NCBI GenBank assembly: GCA_963847625.1
Contig: CAWKAR010000019.1
Coordinates: 96,001-160,000 of the forward strand
Direction of reading: 5' to 3'
DNA from: a candidate division FCPU426 bacterium
GTDB taxonomy: Bacteria > Oederibacteriota > Muellerivitia > Muellerivitales > Muellerivitaceae
DNA: 64,000 nt
In this document: positions 28,611-38,532 of the stretch, one piece after another
Layout: each line of letters begins with the position of its first letter
Position numbering within the stretch: the first letter of the stretch is position 1
Translations under genes and position numbers: made by a program
The notes under the pieces: generated by a model
The model's database searches: none
Told to the model about the DNA's origin: nothing
Seen by the model: only the letters and a program-made list of their open reading frames with translations

Positions 28611-28801
28611 GACAGCCTTCCATGAAGCATTTAAGGAGACTGGTATTGTACCGATTACCGAATTTTTTTCTTTTATGAAAATCGGCATATACTCCAAGGA
28701 GATTATCATTTATCCGGAGTCAAGAAGACAGATCCGGCATGGAAACGCGGGGCTGGCTGTATAATAATCAGCAATTTATCCGGCTGATTTAAGGAGAATT
28801 C

Positions 28802-29530
28802 ATGAAAAATTCTATTCTTCGTGGAATCCTGGTTTTGACGATGGCCATGATTTTGCAGTCGCCCAGGCCATCCCTGGCTAAAACGGATGAGAATCCATCC
28901 CGGGAAAGAACGATCAAAGTGGAAGGCGAGGGCAAAGTTTGGGCTGTCCCGGACCAGGCCGAAATGGAAGTGGAGGTCCAAGAGGAAGGGCAGGACATCG
29001 ATGAATTGTCTTCCTTGGCCCAAACTAAAATGGAAAAGATTTTTAACGCGGTCAAATCCATAGGCATACCGGAAAAAGACATACAATCCACGACATATAA
29101 CGTCCAGCCGAAGGTCAGGTATTACAAAGGGGAAACTCAAAAGGAAGGATACATCGTTTCCCATAAAATCAGGGTCGTCATAAAAAACGTCGATTCGGCC
29201 GGGAAAGTCCTCAACGAGGTCCTCAAAGACGGGGCTACGAACGTGAATGGGCCTAATTCCAGTTTTTCCGACCCGGCCAAGCTGAAAATCGAAGCGTTAA
29301 AATCTGCGGTGGATGACGCGCATGCCAAGGCCGAGGCCATGGCGCAGTCGGCGGGCGTGGGAGTGGGGCCGGTTTATTCCATCACCCAAATCAACGTCAG
29401 CATGCCCTATAGGCCGGCCGGAAGGGTCATGAGCGGCTTAGCCGCCTCCGCGGAGGGAGCCGAAGTTTCCCTCGCGACTGGCCAGAATGAGGTGACCGCC
29501 CAGGTGGAAGTGATCTACTCGTTGAAGTGA
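28802..29530 (+). CDS. SIMPL/DUF541 domain protein
   Basis: RTIKVEGEGKV.AVPDQA, A..DA.AKAEAMA, V.AQVEVIY. Confidence 0.9.
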   Translation: MKNSILRGILVLTMAMILQSPRPSLAKTDENPSRERTIKVEGEGKVWAVPDQAEMEVEVQEEGQDIDELSSLAQTKMEKIFNAVKSIGIPEKDIQSTTYNVQPKVRYYKGETQKEGYIVSHKIRVVIKNVDSAGKVLNEVLKDGATNVNGPNSSFSDPAKLKIEALKSAVDDAHAKAEAMAQSAGVGVGPVYSITQINVSMPYRPAGRVMSGLAASAEGAEVSLATGQNEVTAQVEVIYSLK

Positions 29531-29651
29531 CCGGCGTGGTAACCCGGCAGAAATAACAAGACCATCCTTGAAATTCCGGTTGAGGTATAATTTGTTTTTA
29601 ACAACCCTCTAATTGCGGTAAGAGTAAAAGCTTAACAATACGGGGAATGCA

Positions 29652-30662
29652 ATGGATTCTTTACACGGACGGTTTACCGGATTTATCTTTGCCTTGGTTG
29701 TTTGTTCTTTTGCGTTTTTAGGTTGTACTCGGCAAATTGCGACTCCCGTCCCGCCCTCAACATTTTACGGCCAGGTCTGGTACCAAGCCCCCACGACCTT
29801 AGGTTTCCCAGCCAGGTATTTTCAGTCCAGTGTTGTATATAACGGGGCCATGTGGGTTATCGGGGGAAACGCCGGAAATGGGAATTACTTGAACGATGCC
29901 TGGTCCTCCACAAACGGTAACACCTGGTACAGGGCCACGGGACCGGCAGGAGCGGCCTTTTCCGCGAGGTACGCTCAATCCTCTCTGGTTTACAATGGGA
30001 AAATGTGGGTCATCGGCGGTTATGACGGCTCTTTTAAGAACGATGTTTGGTCTTCCAGTGACGGCGCCACCTGGTCCCCTGTGACGGCCACGGCGGCTTT
30101 CAGCCCCAGGGCCGCGACGGCTTGCGTGGTTTTTAACAACGCCATGTACCTCATCGGGGGTTATTCCTCGTCGGCGGGCGGCGAGCAAAACGACGTCTGG
30201 ACCTCGACGGACGGCGCTGTTTGGTCGCCGGTCACCCTGACAGCGAATTTCACGGCCCGGGACATCTTCTCCAGCGTCGTGGATAACGGCATGATCTGGT
30301 TGTTCGCCGGCCTGAACACCAAGAATTATACCGCCACTGTTTTTGACGACGTTTGGGATTCCTCCGACGGGGCCAACTGGTCCCCGGTTACGGTGACGAA
30401 TATTTTCCCGGCGCGTTACGGGCAGTCATCGGTAGTTTGCAACGGGCGCCTTTGGGTCATCGCGGGTGATAACGGAAATCCCCCCTTTCTCAATGACGTG
30501 TGGTCTTCCACGAACGGGGCTGATTGGTCCCAAGTTTCTACAGGCGCCGCTTTCTCCGGCAGATATGCCCATACCAGCCTGGTTTTTAAAAGCAAAATAT
30601 GGGTGATCGCCGGCCTCGATTCAAATCTTAACCCTTTAAGCGATGTCTGGTATTCGCCATAA
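29652..30662 (+). CDS. Kelch-like repeat lipoprotein
   Basis: FLGC lipobox; six repeats F.AR..SSVV.NG.MWVIGG..NDVWSS.DG..W. Confidence 0.88.
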   Translation: MDSLHGRFTGFIFALVVCSFAFLGCTRQIATPVPPSTFYGQVWYQAPTTLGFPARYFQSSVVYNGAMWVIGGNAGNGNYLNDAWSSTNGNTWYRATGPAGAAFSARYAQSSLVYNGKMWVIGGYDGSFKNDVWSSSDGATWSPVTATAAFSPRAATACVVFNNAMYLIGGYSSSAGGEQNDVWTSTDGAVWSPVTLTANFTARDIFSSVVDNGMIWLFAGLNTKNYTATVFDDVWDSSDGANWSPVTVTNIFPARYGQSSVVCNGRLWVIAGDNGNPPFLNDVWSSTNGADWSQVSTGAAFSGRYAHTSLVFKSKIWVIAGLDSNLNPLSDVWYSP

Positions 30663-31512
30663 AACCCGGATTGCCGTGAGAAGTCTTTCCTGATAATCCC
30701 AATAAAAACATTCCCTTCAACCGTGTTTTCCGAGCCCAAATAGAAAAATAGGATTGGCGGTATAATTGGCTTGGTGGATAGATTCATCCGAAAAACCCAT
30801 TAAATGAAGACACATTAATCGTTTCAAGCAGGTGTCATTTGAGGAATTTTTATTGGTTTTTTGTTTTTACGGCCTGCCTATGGCGGGCCTTTGGGGATGC
30901 CAAAAAACCTATACCGTGCCCCCAAAATCCGCACCAACCAAGACCCCAACGTCCACCCTGACCACGACCCCAACAATTACTAACACCTCGACTGATACTC
31001 CCACCTTTACCCCGACTATTACGGCAACCCCTACAAACCCGCCCACTTCCACGCCCACCATTGTTTGTTCAGGCAGTATGTGCTGTCCTGTTTTCGCCCA
31101 GATTTGCGTTTCCAGCGACGACTGGTCCCAGGTCTACGTCGGCGGTGTTTCCCTGGGCCAAGTCAATTATTGCGATTCAAACGGTACCGGATCTTGTCCT
31201 CCAGGCTGCCTCGACGTTCCCATGTCCCTTTTATCAGTCACGCAACTTTATGTCGCCGTTTATACCCAAAACACCTCCTGCAATAACCTTTACGCCTCCT
31301 GGGACCTGGACATCACCTGTTCCAACGGCTTTCATTCTGAAATCACCAGCGCGAACGGCAACGTGTTGATGGATTATGTCAGCTCCGGGAATCCTTCCAC
31401 TCCCCCCGCCAGCAACTGGTACGCAACCAATTACAACAGCTCGGGCGGCACTTGGACTGCTCCTGTAAGCGTCAACACCACTTCCGCCTATTGTTGTGCA
31501 GCGCAACCCATT

Positions 31513-32565
31513 CGCTGAATTCAACCAGTAAGTGCAACACCTTGACTAAAGACCTGCTCCGGCGTTTTGAAACGAAGGCACTTGCGAGGACGATGGTTTA
31601 GGATCCGTTCCACGCGTCGTACATTCGCTGGGGTTATAGTAGCAAAATCCGTTTTCTTGGGATAGAAGCGACGAACAAGACCTGCAGTATTTTCAACACA
31701 ACCTTTCTCCCAACTGTGGAAGGGCAAACAAAAGAATGAACGAGTGCCTGAAACACGATTCACCTGGAGATGTTCGACGTTTTCGGAGCCATTGTCGTAT
31801 GTGATGGTACGGCGGAGGCCTTTTGAAATCCGAACCAACCGACGGTTGATTGCGGCTCTAGTGTGGAAAGCTGATTTTTGAGGTAGCCAAGCCAGTTTCA
31901 CCAGACGACTTTTGCGCTCGACCATAACCAGAAGTGAGGGTTTGCTTTTCCGGGAGATGATGGTGTCGGCCTCCCAGTGCCCGAATTGCTGTCTTGTTTC
32001 AACGATAGCTGGTCGTTGGGTAATGGGAGTACGTTGAGGAATATGGCTTTTGCGATGTTTTTGAGTGTGCCAACGTCGCAAACGTTTTCGATGGGCCCGG
32101 GCTAGATGAGGAATGAGGTTTCGAGCTTCGCAGTAGATGAATTGATAGATGGCTTCATGGGAAACGGAAAGTTTTGGTTTCTCCCGGCGAAGAAAACCGG
32201 CAATTTGCTCGGGCGAGAGTCCACGAGGTATTTCTCGCAGTACTAAACGGCGAATCTCAGGATTTTTAAGCCTTAAATGAGTACGTGAAAGACGGTTTCG
32301 GTGTTCTGCACGCATGTGAGCTCTGGCGGGCAGGTAGCGGCGAGATCGTATAGGAGGGGCGTTGCGCTTCAGTTCTCGGGAAATGCTGGATACATCACGG
32401 CCCAGACGGCGTGCGATTTCCCGAAGGGAGAGGCCTTCAGCATTCCAAACTGAAATTTCTTCACGTTCGGCTAACGACAGATGCTTGTAGGATGATTTCA
32501 TAGCACTTAGGATAACCCCCGGGTTCTGCCGGGTCTAAGTGTTGCACTTCGTTATTGAACTGGGG
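31513..32565 (-). mobile_element. IS30-family insertion sequence
   Basis: Imperfect terminal IRs (..TTCAA.....AAGTGCAACAC), 2-bp TT target duplication, single transposase. Confidence 0.9.
31521..32501 (-). CDS. IS30-family transposase
   Basis: YKHLSLAERE HTH, GHWEADT, TITYDNGSE, WEKGCVEN, LNHRPRKCL. Confidence 0.95.
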   Translation of the reverse strand: MKSSYKHLSLAEREEISVWNAEGLSLREIARRLGRDVSSISRELKRNAPPIRSRRYLPARAHMRAEHRNRLSRTHLRLKNPEIRRLVLREIPRGLSPEQIAGFLRREKPKLSVSHEAIYQFIYCEARNLIPHLARAHRKRLRRWHTQKHRKSHIPQRTPITQRPAIVETRQQFGHWEADTIISRKSKPSLLVMVERKSRLVKLAWLPQKSAFHTRAAINRRLVRISKGLRRTITYDNGSENVEHLQVNRVSGTRSFFCLPFHSWEKGCVENTAGLVRRFYPKKTDFATITPANVRRVERILNHRPRKCLRFKTPEQVFSQGVALTG

Positions 32566-32842
32566 TTCTCAATCCCGTAACGGGCCAGACGGTACCTTTC
32601 CTGTCCTCGGACAGCAACGGCGCCTATAGCACCAGCAACTGCGGAGGCGCCCTTTTCTTTATCTATACATTCCCATAACCAGGACCGGTTTGATCCTAGA
32701 AGACTTTAGGCCGGCCAACTTTGTCCCTCGGCTATCCGGTAAATTCCGGTCAAAAGGGTGATTTAAACATTTTTTGGAATAGTTTATCCTCACGAGGACA
32801 CTATATAATGTTAAACATCCTATCGATTTCAAGGGGGCTTTT

Positions 32843-33515
32843 ATGAGGTCTTTTATTTGTTTCATGGCATTAATGGTTTCCTGCCTGTTTTTGGCTTCCT
32901 GTTCAAGCCCAAGCACGTCTCCGTCGCCCACGGGTAACACCACCATCTCGTTATACGGTCCCGAAATCGAGGCGAGCATTGCCATGCAAGGAGGCTTTAC
33001 CCAGCCGGTGCAAGTGTTGATAGATACGACCACCCAGGCCGTGACCAACGCCGCCATCACCCTGACCGGACCCTCGCTGAGCCTGCCCGTTACTTACAAC
33101 TATAACGCCACCGCCGGCGGGTATTACCTGGCCTATTACAATTCGATCTCTAGCTGGGGATACACCGCAAACCAGAACTATACCATGACGATTTCCTATG
33201 GCGGCCATACATACCAATGCACGGTCACCTCGGTGGGAAATGTTACCTGGGCCCCCGGAACCTCGGGCGTGACTATCTCCTGGGCCGGCCGGGGGCAACG
33301 AGAATACCGCAATGGCAATAGGCCCTAACGACTACACCTATGGGCCCAACGTGACATCGCCCTACAAGATCGCGGCGTCCAGCCTGGTGGGTCACACATC
33401 GGGAAATTACGATATTGAGATGAACTGTACAGCGTTGAAAGCCTCCGCTTTCTCCGGCGGTGCCTATATGGGGTCCTTCTTCACGGCCAGCGACCAGGAA
33501 TCCACCACCTACTAA
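32843..33515 (+). pseudogene. Lipoprotein split by a 1-nt frameshift near 33288-33295
   Basis: LASC lipobox; deleting one base joins ..ISWAG to GGNENTAMAIGPNDYTY.. Confidence 0.65.
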
Positions 33516-33594
33516 CCATTGGGTTCCCTCGTCACAAAGTCACTCGCAAATCCTTATGCCTTCGGGTTTCTTGGCAACTCGACTCTCAGCCGCC

Positions 33595-33855
33595 TTAATA
33601 GACATTTAACGAATAATTAACCCGGAGGACTACCGCTGTTATCACCGCGAAAATCACAGCCAGAATAATCAATTCCCGCCTATGTTGATCCCGGATCAAT
33701 GTCCCTAAAACTAAAAATATTCCCCCTAAAAACACCCAATCCCAATTAAATGAAGGAAAGCCCAAAAAAGCGGCGCAAATGGTCAAGAAGCCAAGCAACA
33801 ACATCAACCATCCGACGATGATCGCGGCCTTGGAATTTTTTCGAATTTTCGCCAA
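33595..33855 (-). CDS. Small membrane protein
   Basis: Three hydrophobic segments, GAGG RBS. Confidence 0.6.
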   Translation of the reverse strand: MAKIRKNSKAAIIVGWLMLLLGFLTICAAFLGFPSFNWDWVFLGGIFLVLGTLIRDQHRRELIILAVIFAVITAVVLRVNYSLNVY

Positions 33856-33869
33856 TCTATACCTCTCCG

Positions 33870-36653
33870 CTAGTTCAGGAGGCCCTTTTCCCCCAAATAC
33901 TTATGCCGCTCGGCGACAAAGGCGTCCAGGTTGGCGGGGGTGATGGTGCGCATGATGTCGCGGTTGATCCCCTTCACGTAATCATCCGAACCCAGGAGCT
34001 TGAGGATCCGCTCCCGCGGGACCGTTTCCACCTTCTTGAAGAAGTAAACCCGGGGATGGTCGTAAACCGAGAAGGTTTCCTCCGCCATGTCGTCGGGAAA
34101 TTCCAAGCCCAGCAATTTTGGAAAATTGTGGAATTCCCCGATCATCTTGAACCCCAACTGGCCCGACCAGAGCAGGCGGTAATAGCGGGAGGTGACCGGG
34201 TAGACGTTGAAACCGTGGGGGCGGAACCCGGGGCTGGCGTCGGTCAGGGTGTACCAGAGTTTTTTGGAGTCGATGCTGATGCAGTCGCATTTCTGGACGG
34301 CGTTCGCGTAGTACTCCTTCTTGGCCGGCAAGTCATCCGTGGGGGAATTGAACATTTCATAGGGGCTGATGTCGGCGTGGCCGAAACAAGTTTCGGAGGT
34401 CAGGAACTTGTCCATCCGGGGGTCCTGCCGGGGCCCCACCGGCTTCGGCAATCCGTCGGCCCAGACTTCCGTGCCGATGACGGATTTAAAGGGGACGTTC
34501 TTGAAGATCCAGACCGAGGACTCGATCCAGGGATGGGGAAAGCGGTAAACATGCATGTAGGCGGCCGAGTAAAAAAGGCTGAAGCCCACGGTCGCCGTTA
34601 GAAGGGCCGGTTTCAGGGCGCGTCCGAGGGGTCCTTTCGTACGGGCCCATTGGAACAGCCGGTACAGGAAAGCCGCCGCGAAGACGCAAAAAGCGGGATA
34701 GGTGGGCACCATGTAGCGGATGAACTTGGTGTTCCAGGCGCCGATGAAGCCGAAATAAGGGATGAACCAGCACAGGATCAGGAGGTCTGGCGCCGAGAAG
34801 GCGAAGGCCTTCTTGGGAACAAAGGGCACGGGTAAAAGACCTCCCTTGCGCGCGGGGCGCGCCAGCCCCAGGAGAAACCTGTAAAGAAACCAAACCATTC
34901 CCAGCACGGCCATGATCCCCAGGGGCCAGCCCATCTCCACCCGCACCAGGTTCTCAAGCTGGTACCAATAGCGCGGCGTGTCCCTGAATTGGAGAACGTA
35001 AGGAGCGTCCGCCCGCGAAACCACGCTCCATTCATACTGCTGCCTTTGCATGAAACCCTGGTAATCCAAAAGAGACCAGGGGTCGAAGAGGAAAAAAATG
35101 AAAAAGGCCAGGCCGCAAGCCGCCGCCAGCTTTACCCACTGCGGCATTTGGGCGCGCAGAACCCTGAGTCGGATTGCTCCCCAAGTGGTGAAAACAATAC
35201 CCGCTGTGGCCAAAACCAGGAATAAGACGAACCACAGGCCCATGGCAAGGGCTGAATTTCCTCCAAAAAGGTCCTGGAGGACGCCGTTGAAATTGAACCC
35301 TACCGCAAGGAAACCCGCCAGGACTACAACTAAAAGCGCCCCGGCCAAAAGGCTGTAGACCTTCCGCTGTTTCTTGAGTTTCATGTCCTCCCTCTCCCAG
35401 ACAACGGCGCTCTTGCGCGACAGCAGGATCAGGTGGGCGGTCAAAAGGATTAAAAGGTAATAAAGGGAGCTGGTCTTGGCCGCCATAGCCAGCCCGAAGG
35501 CCGCACCCGCCCAGAGGTAACTTTTCCAGGAACCCTCCCGGAGAATCCCGAGGGAACAAAGGGCGACCACCACGAACATGAAAGTGATGAAGGATTCGGT
35601 GATGGAATAATGGGCTTGTTCGATGTCCGCCACGGTAAAGGCGAAGAAGGCGGCCGTCAGGAGGGCCATGCCGGTATTTTGGTAAAGCCTTTTGACCAGC
35701 AGGTAAAGGGCCCCGATGGTCAGGGTGGAAAAGACGGCTGACCACAGGCGGCCGATGACCAGCATGGATCCGCCGTCGGTATAGGCGGACCAGCCGTGGC
35801 TCAGGGAAGCGGAAAAAGCCCAAAGGGACAGGAGCGCGATCAAGACCCTTCCCCACTTCCAAATCCAGGCCAGCCAGGCGCCAGCAAGTGCGACCAGCAG
35901 GAGGAAAGCGAACCCGGAAATAAAACGCGGCAGGTGGAAAGACTCGGGGAAAAAAGGCGGGAGAACCCCCAAAAGGAAAACCGCGGCGCAGGCGGCGTAA
36001 AAAGGCGGACCTATCCATTGTTTCTCAAAAATCCTGGAAATCAGGACCGATAACCCGAAGGAAAGCACACACACCAGGAAAAAATTGACCGCGGGAAGGA
36101 ATGAAAAACCCAGGGCCGAATGGAACAGGGATGATATTAAGGGCAGCCTGGCCCTTTGGTTCTCCAGGAAACCAAACCAAATGTCGAAGGCATCCGAGAA
36201 TATTTTAAGCAGGGCGTACTGGAACAAAATAAAGGACAGGCCGAAGGCGGGTATTTTCCATTTCTCCCGGGAAAAACAAAAAACCACGGCGCCGATCAGG
36301 AGCAGGAGGAGGAGATAATAGGCCCCTTGGGCCCAAACCGGGCCAGCTCGTAAATAACGGGTGAAAAAATCAACTAAAGCTTGGGGCGGCGAAGCCAGCG
36401 CTCCCGTGGCCATGTAAAGATAAGCGGGCAGCTGGCCGTAGGCGAAAAAGGAAACCTTGAAACCCGGTTGGCTCTTCGACTCATCGCAGGCGTTCAGGAT
36501 ATTGCGCTCGTCCGGATGGAAGGATTCCATGAAATCCCAATTGGGGTTGTAAAAGCGGAAACAGCCCCCCAGGAAGATGACGAGGAGAAGCCAAAAGAGG
36601 GGTTTTTGAATAAGGCCTTTGGCTATAGATTTATTGGTTTTAGGAGCCATCAA
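33870..36653 (-). CDS. GT-C fold (PMT/ArnT-like) membrane glycosyltransferase
   Basis: RFYNPNWD..FHPDER, FFAYGQLP, GLAMAAK, KFIRYM, ETFSVYDHP. Confidence 0.85.
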   Translation of the reverse strand: MMAPKTNKSIAKGLIQKPLFWLLLVIFLGGCFRFYNPNWDFMESFHPDERNILNACDESKSQPGFKVSFFAYGQLPAYLYMATGALASPPQALVDFFTRYLRAGPVWAQGAYYLLLLLLIGAVVFCFSREKWKIPAFGLSFILFQYALLKIFSDAFDIWFGFLENQRARLPLISSLFHSALGFSFLPAVNFFLVCVLSFGLSVLISRIFEKQWIGPPFYAACAAVFLLGVLPPFFPESFHLPRFISGFAFLLLVALAGAWLAWIWKWGRVLIALLSLWAFSASLSHGWSAYTDGGSMLVIGRLWSAVFSTLTIGALYLLVKRLYQNTGMALLTAAFFAFTVADIEQAHYSITESFITFMFVVVALCSLGILREGSWKSYLWAGAAFGLAMAAKTSSLYYLLILLTAHLILLSRKSAVVWEREDMKLKKQRKVYSLLAGALLVVVLAGFLAVGFNFNGVLQDLFGGNSALAMGLWFVLFLVLATAGIVFTTWGAIRLRVLRAQMPQWVKLAAACGLAFFIFFLFDPWSLLDYQGFMQRQQYEWSVVSRADAPYVLQFRDTPRYWYQLENLVRVEMGWPLGIMAVLGMVWFLYRFLLGLARPARKGGLLPVPFVPKKAFAFSAPDLLILCWFIPYFGFIGAWNTKFIRYMVPTYPAFCVFAAAFLYRLFQWARTKGPLGRALKPALLTATVGFSLFYSAAYMHVYRFPHPWIESSVWIFKNVPFKSVIGTEVWADGLPKPVGPRQDPRMDKFLTSETCFGHADISPYEMFNSPTDDLPAKKEYYANAVQKCDCISIDSKKLWYTLTDASPGFRPHGFNVYPVTSRYYRLLWSGQLGFKMIGEFHNFPKLLGLEFPDDMAEETFSVYDHPRVYFFKKVETVPRERILKLLGSDDYVKGINRDIMRTITPANLDAFVAERHKYLGEKGLLN

Positions 36654-36751
36654 TATCCCTTTTGCCGGGCATCGGATGAGAAAGCGGTCAACACTAAATC
36701 GGGGCTAGTGTAACTAACGGTTATCTCGCAAAAGCCAAAGTTAATCACACA

Positions 36752-37201
36752 CTAACCCTGGCCTAGTAATAATTCATGTTCCTTAACGCATTCAGGGCCC
36801 CTCATCAACTTGCCGGAATCATCCACGACCAGGAGCTTTTCATCATTCGCGATATCGATCAGTAATTTCCAAGCGATGACCGACATTCGCGCATTATAGG
36901 ACAATGAGAAAACAGCCACTTCCTTTTGGCAGCCGAACATCCGTTTAAAAAAATCAATGTCGGCCGGGGTTTCCATGAGAAAATCTTCGGTTTCATTACC
37001 GTTAGCTTCAATGAATTTCGATGATTCCTTTTTCAAGCAAAAGTCCAAAAAAACAACAAGATGATTGTTGCCTTTGCGCTGGACTCCATGTCTCCTTTTA
37101 TCCACCTCGAAACATTCCAAAGCCGGATTTTTTATCCCCGGAAGAAAATAATTCATAAATGTATATTCCCCCGGAACGAATATTTTGAATTTTTTCGGCA
37201 T
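36752..37201 (-). CDS. Hypothetical protein (AT-rich)
   Basis: 149-aa ORF, GAGG RBS. Confidence 0.6.
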   Translation of the reverse strand: MPKKFKIFVPGEYTFMNYFLPGIKNPALECFEVDKRRHGVQRKGNNHLVVFLDFCLKKESSKFIEANGNETEDFLMETPADIDFFKRMFGCQKEVAVFSLSYNARMSVIAWKLLIDIANDEKLLVVDDSGKLMRGPECVKEHELLLGQG

Positions 37202-37351
37202 AAAAACCTCTTTATACGGCCTTCACCTTTCACACCTAGTTAACCCCGGCTCTCGCGGACAACTTCAGGACTGTAATTCTTTTGGATATTATTGTATGAA
37301 AAACTGGTGGTTTTGGCGGCGCTTGCCCCAGCCCGGGAATAGTCGGCGGGA

Positions 37352-38338
37352 TCAGGCTGAGTCCCGGATGACCAGGTGGGTCTTCAACTGAAGGGTGCTG
37401 TGGACTTTCTCCTCACCGCGCACCCTTTGCATCAGCTTATGGACGGCCTGGCTGCCCAACTCGAAAAGGTCGTAGCCCACGGTGGTCAGGGCCGGCCTGA
37501 CGAAGGCCGCCATCTCGATGTCGTCAAAACCCAGCACCGCGAACGCCCCCTCGCGCTTTTCAGACTCGAGGATTTTAAGGACCCCGATGGCCATGGCGTC
37601 GTTGGCGGCGAAAACCGCGGTCGGGGGATCGGACATGGCGAGGAACTTTTTGGCGGCCTCTTCCCCGGCGGGGATCGTGTAATTCCCCGGCAAAACAAGG
37701 CTTGGATCCGTTTGGATGCCCGCTTCCTGAAGGGCCTGCTCATAGCCCTGCTGGCGGTCTTGCGAGTCGCTGAGTTCGGGCCAGCCGGTGATAAAACCGA
37801 TCCGGCGGTGTCCCTTCCCGATCAGGTATTCGGTGGCCTGCTTGGCGCCGTTGAAATTGTCGATGATGACCGAGGAGACCATGTTCTCGAACCGCCGCTC
37901 GCTCGCCACCACCAAGGGAAAATTCACTTGCAACAGCGACTTGATGAGGCCTTCCATCGGGGCCGTCGGCAGGAAGAACAAAAGACCGTCCACGACGGGG
38001 GGATCGGTCAAGGCGCGGATGGCCTCCCGGTTCTCATTATCGCCTGAGGAAAAAACCCCCAGGGTGATCAGCTTACCTTGCCGGCGGGCCTCATCCTCCA
38101 TGCCGGTGAGCACCGCGGCCACGAAGGGGTTCAGCGAAGGGGTCACCACCCCCAAAAAACCCGTCTTGTGGGAAGCCAGGCCGCGCGCAAAACGGTGGGG
38201 ACGGTATTGCAATTTTTCCATGACCGCCTTCACCTTTTGTTCGGTCTCGGGCTTCACCCCCAGGCCGTTCAAGACGCGGGAAACTGTTGCCTTGGAAACC
38301 CCCGCCATGTCAGCTACCTGTTGCATCGTCGACCCCAT
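37352..38338 (-). CDS. LacI-family transcriptional regulator
   Basis: VADMAGVSKATVSRVLN, GHRRIGFI, PTAVFAAND, GFDD, LVIRDS. Confidence 0.95.
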   Translation of the reverse strand: MGSTMQQVADMAGVSKATVSRVLNGLGVKPETEQKVKAVMEKLQYRPHRFARGLASHKTGFLGVVTPSLNPFVAAVLTGMEDEARRQGKLITLGVFSSGDNENREAIRALTDPPVVDGLLFFLPTAPMEGLIKSLLQVNFPLVVASERRFENMVSSVIIDNFNGAKQATEYLIGKGHRRIGFITGWPELSDSQDRQQGYEQALQEAGIQTDPSLVLPGNYTIPAGEEAAKKFLAMSDPPTAVFAANDAMAIGVLKILESEKREGAFAVLGFDDIEMAAFVRPALTTVGYDLFELGSQAVHKLMQRVRGEEKVHSTLQLKTHLVIRDSA

Positions 38339-38532
38339 GGTTCCCCCTTCAGGAATTATTGTAAGGTGTAACAATGATCTTTCCGTATTTTTTTATATAT
38401 CAGCATCAATAATTCCGCCTCCCAAGACCGTAAATAGTGGAACAAGTGTCAAATATCAGCCTGAACCCCGATCCACCAAGCGTACCTTTGCCTTTTGTGG
38501 TGAAATATCGAATATTCCCATAAAATAGCGTC

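Larger units (their letters stand above)
30832..32678 (+). pseudogene. Cys/Thr-rich lipoprotein interrupted by IS30
   Basis: Removing the IS and one TT restores ..AQPI-LNPVTGQTVPFLSSDSNGAYSTSNCGGALFFIYTFP*. Confidence 0.8.

Noticed and set aside
38358..38375. LacI operator ATTGTAAGGTGTAACAAT
   Set aside because: It has palindromic ends but lacks the central CG typical of LacI-family operators; too weak to call.
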